Below are positions 31,390-35,160 of a stretch of 35,160 bases of DNA, piece by piece. Positions within the stretch are counted from its first letter, which is position 1; each line of letters begins with the position of its first letter. The stretch is from an uncultured Candidatus Saccharibacteria bacterium. Lineage in GTDB: Bacteria > Patescibacteriota > Minisyncoccia > Phycocordibacterales > PALSA-1337. A model generated the notes under the pieces. It made no database searches and had not been told where the DNA came from. It saw nothing but the letters and a program-made list of their open reading frames with translations. The stretch lies in contig CAZQKU010000001.1 of NCBI GenBank assembly GCA_964593965.1, positions 1 to 35,160 of the forward strand, written 5' to 3'. Position numbers and translations under genes: made by a program.

Positions 31390-34218
31390 ATGCCCCCATT
31401 TAAAAACTTCACCACCAAAGCCAAAGAAGCTATCCGACGCGCTCACGAGCTTGCTATCGAGCGCGGTCAGAATCATGTCAATCCCGTCCATCTGCTCTGT
31501 TCGCTCATCCTTCAGGAGGAGAGCATGGTCACCTCTATTCTTGACAAGCTTGAGATAGATACGATGATGTTGACCGACATTATTCTCGAGCAAATCGAGG
31601 CGCCTGAAGCGTCGAATGTTCTGTCGCCGTCGTATCAGATATATTTGACGCCGGATCTCGCCACCATTCTCGAAAATGCCGGCAAAGAAGCCATGGCTTT
31701 AAAAGATGAATTTATTTCTACCGAGCATCTTTTTGTCGGCGTCTTTGACGTGCCCGGCGCGGCGCGTGACATTCTTGCCCGGTTTAAAATCGAGAAAGCA
31801 GCCGTGCTCAATGTCATCGTCGAGCTGCGCAAATCGCCGCCATCTGACGCCGACAAGCCGAAGCGTTTCCGTACCTTGGCCAAATACACCCGTTCACTGA
31901 CGAAGCTCGCCAAAGAAAACAAACTCGACCCGGTCATCGGCCGCGACACCGAGATTCTCCGTGTCATCCAAATTCTTTCCCGCCGAACGAAAAACAATCC
32001 CATTCTTATCGGCGAAGCCGGCGTCGGCAAGACCGCCATCGTTGAAGGGCTTGCCAACAGGATGGCTCAAGGTGACGTGCCAGAGTCGCTCAAAGACAAA
32101 GAGCTTGTCTCGCTCGACCTCGGTTCGCTTATCGCCGGTACGAAATATCGCGGCGAATTTGAAGAACGCTTGAAAAATATTTTAAAAGAAATTGAACAGG
32201 CTGAGGGGAAGATCATTCTGTTCGTGGATGAGATACATACTATCGTCGGCGCAGGTGCCTCCGAGGGATCCATGGATGCTTCGAACATGCTCAAACCAGC
32301 TCTTTCTCGCGGTGAACTCAGGGCCATCGGTGCCACCACCATGCGTGAGTACCAGAAATACATAGAAAAGGATCCCGCTTTGACCCGTCGCTTCCAGCCG
32401 GTCTATGTCAGCGAGCCTTCGATCGAGGATGCTATCGCCATATTGCGCGGCCTTAAAGAAAAGTACGAGCTCTATCACGGCGTCCATATCACCGATGATG
32501 CTATCGTGGCGGCGGTCAATCTTTCCGCCCGCTACATCACCGAGCGATTCCTGCCCGACAAGACCGTGGATCTCATTGACGAAGCCGCTTCCGCTTTGAA
32601 AATTTCCCTGGAGAACATGCCGCCCCAGCTCGAAGAAACTCGTCGCAAAATCATGCGGCTTGAGATCGAGCGCGAAGCTCTGAAAAAGGACGCGGGCAAA
32701 AGTGATGATAAAGAAGGAACAAAAGAGACAAAAGAAAGTACAAAAGAAGCCAAATCCCGCACCGCCAAAATCGAGAAAGAAATCGCCGACTTGAAAGAAG
32801 GCACCTCCGAGCTTGAGCTCAAATGGAAAAATGAGAAGGATACCATCACCGACATTAAGCGTATCAAAAAAGAGCTCGAGACCCTGCGTATCGAGGCCGA
32901 GCGTGCTGAAGCCACCGCCGACCTCGCCAAAGCGGCCGAAATTCGCTATGGCAAAATTCCCGCTCTCGAGAAAGACCTCGACGGGAAGTCCAAGCGTCTG
33001 AAAAAGCTCCAGTCTTCGCGCCGCATTCTCAAAGAAGAAATTGTTGAGCAAGATATTGCTGACGTTGTTTCCCGTTGGACAGGTATTCCTGTCTCGCGCA
33101 TGCTCGAAGCAGAAGCGACGAAACTCACTCGTATGGAAGACGAGCTTAAGAGACGCATCGTCGGTCAAAATGAAGCAGTCAAGAAAATCGCCGACACGGT
33201 CAAACGTGCTCGCGCCGGCATTGCCGATCCGAACCGGCCGATTGGTTCTTTCATTTTCCTCGGCCCAACTGGCGTCGGCAAGACCGAGCTGACGAAAGCT
33301 CTCGCTGAATTTCTTTTTAACGACGAAAAATCCCTCATCCGCGTGGATATGTCGGAATTTATGGAGCGGCACAGCGTGTCGAAGCTTATCGGCGCGCCGC
33401 CCGGTTATGTCGGCTATGACGAAGGCGGCGGTTTGACCGAGCTTGTGCGTCATCGGCCTTATGCAGTGATTCTCTTTGATGAAATCGAGAAAGCCCATCC
33501 CGAAGTTTTCAACATCCTGCTCCAAGTTCTCGACAACGGCCGCCTCACCGACAGCAAAGGCCGCACCGTCAATTTCAAAAACACCGTCATCATCATGACT
33601 TCGAATATCGGCGCCCAGTACATCGAAAAAATGGAGAAAATCGGCTTCGCTAAAGAAAGCGATGCACAAACCGCCCAGATTGCAAACTATGAAGAAACCA
33701 AAAGTCGTGTCATGACGTCGCTCAAAGATTATTTCCGGCCGGAGTTCCTGAACCGCGTTGACGACATCATCATCTTCGATATTTTGAACAAAGAATCCAT
33801 CGCCAAAATCGTGGCCATTCAAGTGGACGCCGTTATCGAGCGTCTGCGCGCCAAAGATATTCATCTTATTGTCCAGCCTGAAGTCCTGGCTTACCTCGCC
33901 GAGCAAGGTTACAATCCGCACTATGGCGCCCGACCGCTCAAGCGTCTCATTCAGAATAAAATCCTTACACCGGTGGCGGGGCTTATGATTTCTCAGGGGG
34001 TAATAAAAGGCGGCACTATTACTGTCGGCTTGAAGGATTTGAAGCCGCTCTCGGGAGCGACAACGACGGCGGGGACAGCCGCAGGGAAAAACGGTAAGAA
34101 TCTATCCGGATCAACCGAGCGCGATTTCACTTTCGACGTCAAGAAAAAGAAAAAAGCCGATTCTGCTGTCGGTAAAGAGAGTCCGATCATTATCCGTACC
34201 GTCGATCTCCAGAATTAA
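31390..34218 (+). CDS. clpB: ATP-dependent chaperone/disaggregase ClpB
   Basis: I chose the ATG at 31390 (TATAAT at 31378-31383 lies 6 nt upstream) rather than the TTG at 31369. Seen: the Clp_N domain, NBD1 ([16 protein letters not shown]), a long coiled-coil M-domain, NBD2 ([19 protein letters not shown]) and a ~75-aa Gly/Thr/Lys-rich C-terminal extension. Confidence 0.95.
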   Translation: MPPFKNFTTKAKEAIRRAHELAIERGQNHVNPVHLLCSLILQEESMVTSILDKLEIDTMMLTDIILEQIEAPEASNVLSPSYQIYLTPDLATILENAGKEAMALKDEFISTEHLFVGVFDVPGAARDILARFKIEKAAVLNVIVELRKSPPSDADKPKRFRTLAKYTRSLTKLAKENKLDPVIGRDTEILRVIQILSRRTKNNPILIGEAGVGKTAIVEGLANRMAQGDVPESLKDKELVSLDLGSLIAGTKYRGEFEERLKNILKEIEQAEGKIILFVDEIHTIVGAGASEGSMDASNMLKPALSRGELRAIGATTMREYQKYIEKDPALTRRFQPVYVSEPSIEDAIAILRGLKEKYELYHGVHITDDAIVAAVNLSARYITERFLPDKTVDLIDEAASALKISLENMPPQLEETRRKIMRLEIEREALKKDAGKSDDKEGTKETKESTKEAKSRTAKIEKEIADLKEGTSELELKWKNEKDTITDIKRIKKELETLRIEAERAEATADLAKAAEIRYGKIPALEKDLDGKSKRLKKLQSSRRILKEEIVEQDIADVVSRWTGIPVSRMLEAEATKLTRMEDELKRRIVGQNEAVKKIADTVKRARAGIADPNRPIGSFIFLGPTGVGKTELTKALAEFLFNDEKSLIRVDMSEFMERHSVSKLIGAPPGYVGYDEGGGLTELVRHRPYAVILFDEIEKAHPEVFNILLQVLDNGRLTDSKGRTVNFKNTVIIMTSNIGAQYIEKMEKIGFAKESDAQTAQIANYEETKSRVMTSLKDYFRPEFLNRVDDIIIFDILNKESIAKIVAIQVDAVIERLRAKDIHLIVQPEVLAYLAEQGYNPHYGARPLKRLIQNKILTPVAGLMISQGVIKGGTITVGLKDLKPLSGATTTAGTAAGKNGKNLSGSTERDFTFDVKKKKKADSAVGKESPIIIRTVDLQN

Positions 34219-34295
34219 GTATCGATTGTTTTAGGTACACACATTTGACTGACCAAGGTGATTGTGTGGTTTTTTCTTTTTGGTATACTTATTCC

Positions 34296-35160
34296 ATGTC
34301 AAATCAAACACACGTATCGCTCAATGAAAGTATTACTAAAACGAAAATAATAGAATCAAAACCGACTTTTTTTAATCTGGCAAATGCCGCCGATCAGGAA
34401 AAATTGGACAAACTTTTCGCTGATGGTGCTGTCCAGCATGTCGTTGACGATTATGAAGAACAACATCTCGAACTTTTCGGAGTGAAGAATCCGACGCTTG
34501 TCTATACGCCCGATTTCAAGGCGAAGTTCGCGACGTATTACGCGGATCTGAAGCAGAAGATGGCTGGTGCACAGCAGGCCGCGGCTGGTGCGGCGGACGC
34601 GGCGGACGAAAAAGATCCGCTGTGGCTCCACGGTAATTGGGTCTTTTTTCCATGGTGTTCGAAACTCGTGCATATTTTACCGGAAGACGATTTCCAGCTT
34701 GTTCGCACCGCGAGAAATAAAAATCTGATCAACGCCGCCGAACAGGATAAATTCTACAATTCCACCGTCGGCATCGCCGGACTTTCGGTCGGCTCGTCCG
34801 TCGCCTATGCACTCGTCCTTCAAGGCGGAGCCAAGCATCTCAAACTCGCCGACATGGACAAGCTCGCTCTCTCGAATACGAACCGCATCCTCTCCGGCGT
34901 GGACAATCTCGGCGTACTCAAGGTTGAGATGGCCGCGCGGCGCATTTACGAAATAAATCCGTATGCCGAGGTTGAGCTTTTTCCTGAAGGTCTCCAGTCG
35001 GGAAACATTGATCGATTTTTCGACGGTCTCGACATCGTCATTGATGAAATAGACAATCTGGCGGTGAAATACCTCATTCGCGAACAGGCTCAAAAGCACA
35101 AGCTTGCCGTGGTCATGGCCGCCGACAATGGTGACAATGCCGTGGTGGACATTGACCGCT
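34296..35160 (+). CDS. ThiF/E1-like adenylyltransferase (Rv1355c-like N-terminal region), 3'-truncated by the window edge
   Basis: Not in the ORF track because it runs off the window. Manual translation: MSNQTHVSLNES...PLWLHGNWVFFPWCSKLVHILPEDDFQLVRTARNKNLINAAEQDKFYNSTVGIAGLSVGSSVAYALVLQGGAKHLKLADMDKLALSNTNR...DIVIDEIDNLAVKYLIRE. The Rossmann GxGxxG motif and the DxD..L..SNxNR motif are present. TGgTATACT lies 6 nt before the ATG. Confidence 0.8.
   Translation, partial: MSNQTHVSLNESITKTKIIESKPTFFNLANAADQEKLDKLFADGAVQHVVDDYEEQHLELFGVKNPTLVYTPDFKAKFATYYADLKQKMAGAQQAAAGAADAADEKDPLWLHGNWVFFPWCSKLVHILPEDDFQLVRTARNKNLINAAEQDKFYNSTVGIAGLSVGSSVAYALVLQGGAKHLKLADMDKLALSNTNRILSGVDNLGVLKVEMAARRIYEINPYAEVELFPEGLQSGNIDRFFDGLDIVIDEIDNLAVKYLIREQAQKHKLAVVMAADNGDNAVVDIDR

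Noticed and set aside
32182-33921. Long antisense ORFs opposite real genes. Examples: 579 aa opposite clpB, 24626-26185 opposite the fibre gene, 13207-13867 opposite infB, 3565-4235 opposite the RnfD-FNR gene, 17534-18202 opposite the desulfurase gene, and 34356-35099 opposite the ThiF-like gene.
   Set aside because: These are shadow ORFs. The opposite strand carries proteins with clear conserved motifs, and the shadow translations are low-complexity or motif-free.
34030-34060. An SGAT motif (PLSGATTT) in the ClpB C-terminal tail considered as a possible ApbE flavinylation site, given the signal-less ApbE in the same window.
   Set aside because: A four-residue motif in a low-complexity Gly/Thr-rich tail is expected by chance. 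There is no other support.
1-35160. CRISPR arrays, rRNA genes, transposases or IS elements, and prophage structural modules.
   Set aside because: No regularly spaced short direct repeats, rRNA-like conserved blocks, DDE/HUH/serine or tyrosine recombinase motifs, or capsid/terminase/portal-like ORFs were recognised anywhere in the window.

Overview
This 35.2-kb window looks like a small-genome, uncultivated bacterium, possibly CPR/Patescibacteria-like. That call is inference only, based on an N-terminally short IF-2, several giant Ser/Thr-rich surface proteins and many TATAAT-N6/7-ATG gene starts. From left to right the window holds six blocks.

(1) 169-5013: an ECF sigma factor and a putative membrane anti-sigma factor, then an FMN-binding protein, an ApbE flavin transferase and an RnfD-like/FNR-like fusion protein. 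The sigma gene and this flavin operon carry the same ECF-type promoter motif.

(2) 5048-12472: a ~7.4-kb accessory segment. It is bounded by a 19-nt direct repeat that is the 3' end of the adjacent tRNA-Leu(UAA). It contains two ~235-bp GC-rich, hairpin-dense inverted repeats flanking a 5.1-kb cassette. The cassette encodes a wHTH protein, a 1071-aa LamG-SGNH-FN3-Ig-PG-binding surface protein whose start is coupled to a (CT)n tract, and a DUF3800 protein.

(3) 12457-14625: tRNA-Leu, tRNA-Cys, rbfA and infB.

(4) 15282-18901: an ATP-grasp ligase, DUF4446 and a cysteine desulfurase.

(5) 19096-28909: a ~10-kb surface locus. It resembles a WxL/Csc-type cluster, followed by an HTH-TM protein, a 1257-aa tail-fibre-like protein with an internal S74 chaperone domain, and a probably inactive trypsin-fold protein.

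(6) 28911-35160: a RhuM-Doc/Fic fusion, a G11 tract in a divergent promoter region, a PG-binding secreted protein, clpB and a partial E1/ThiF-like gene.

No CRISPR array, rRNA gene, transposase or integrase was recognised. All domain calls come from motif recognition by eye, not from searches.
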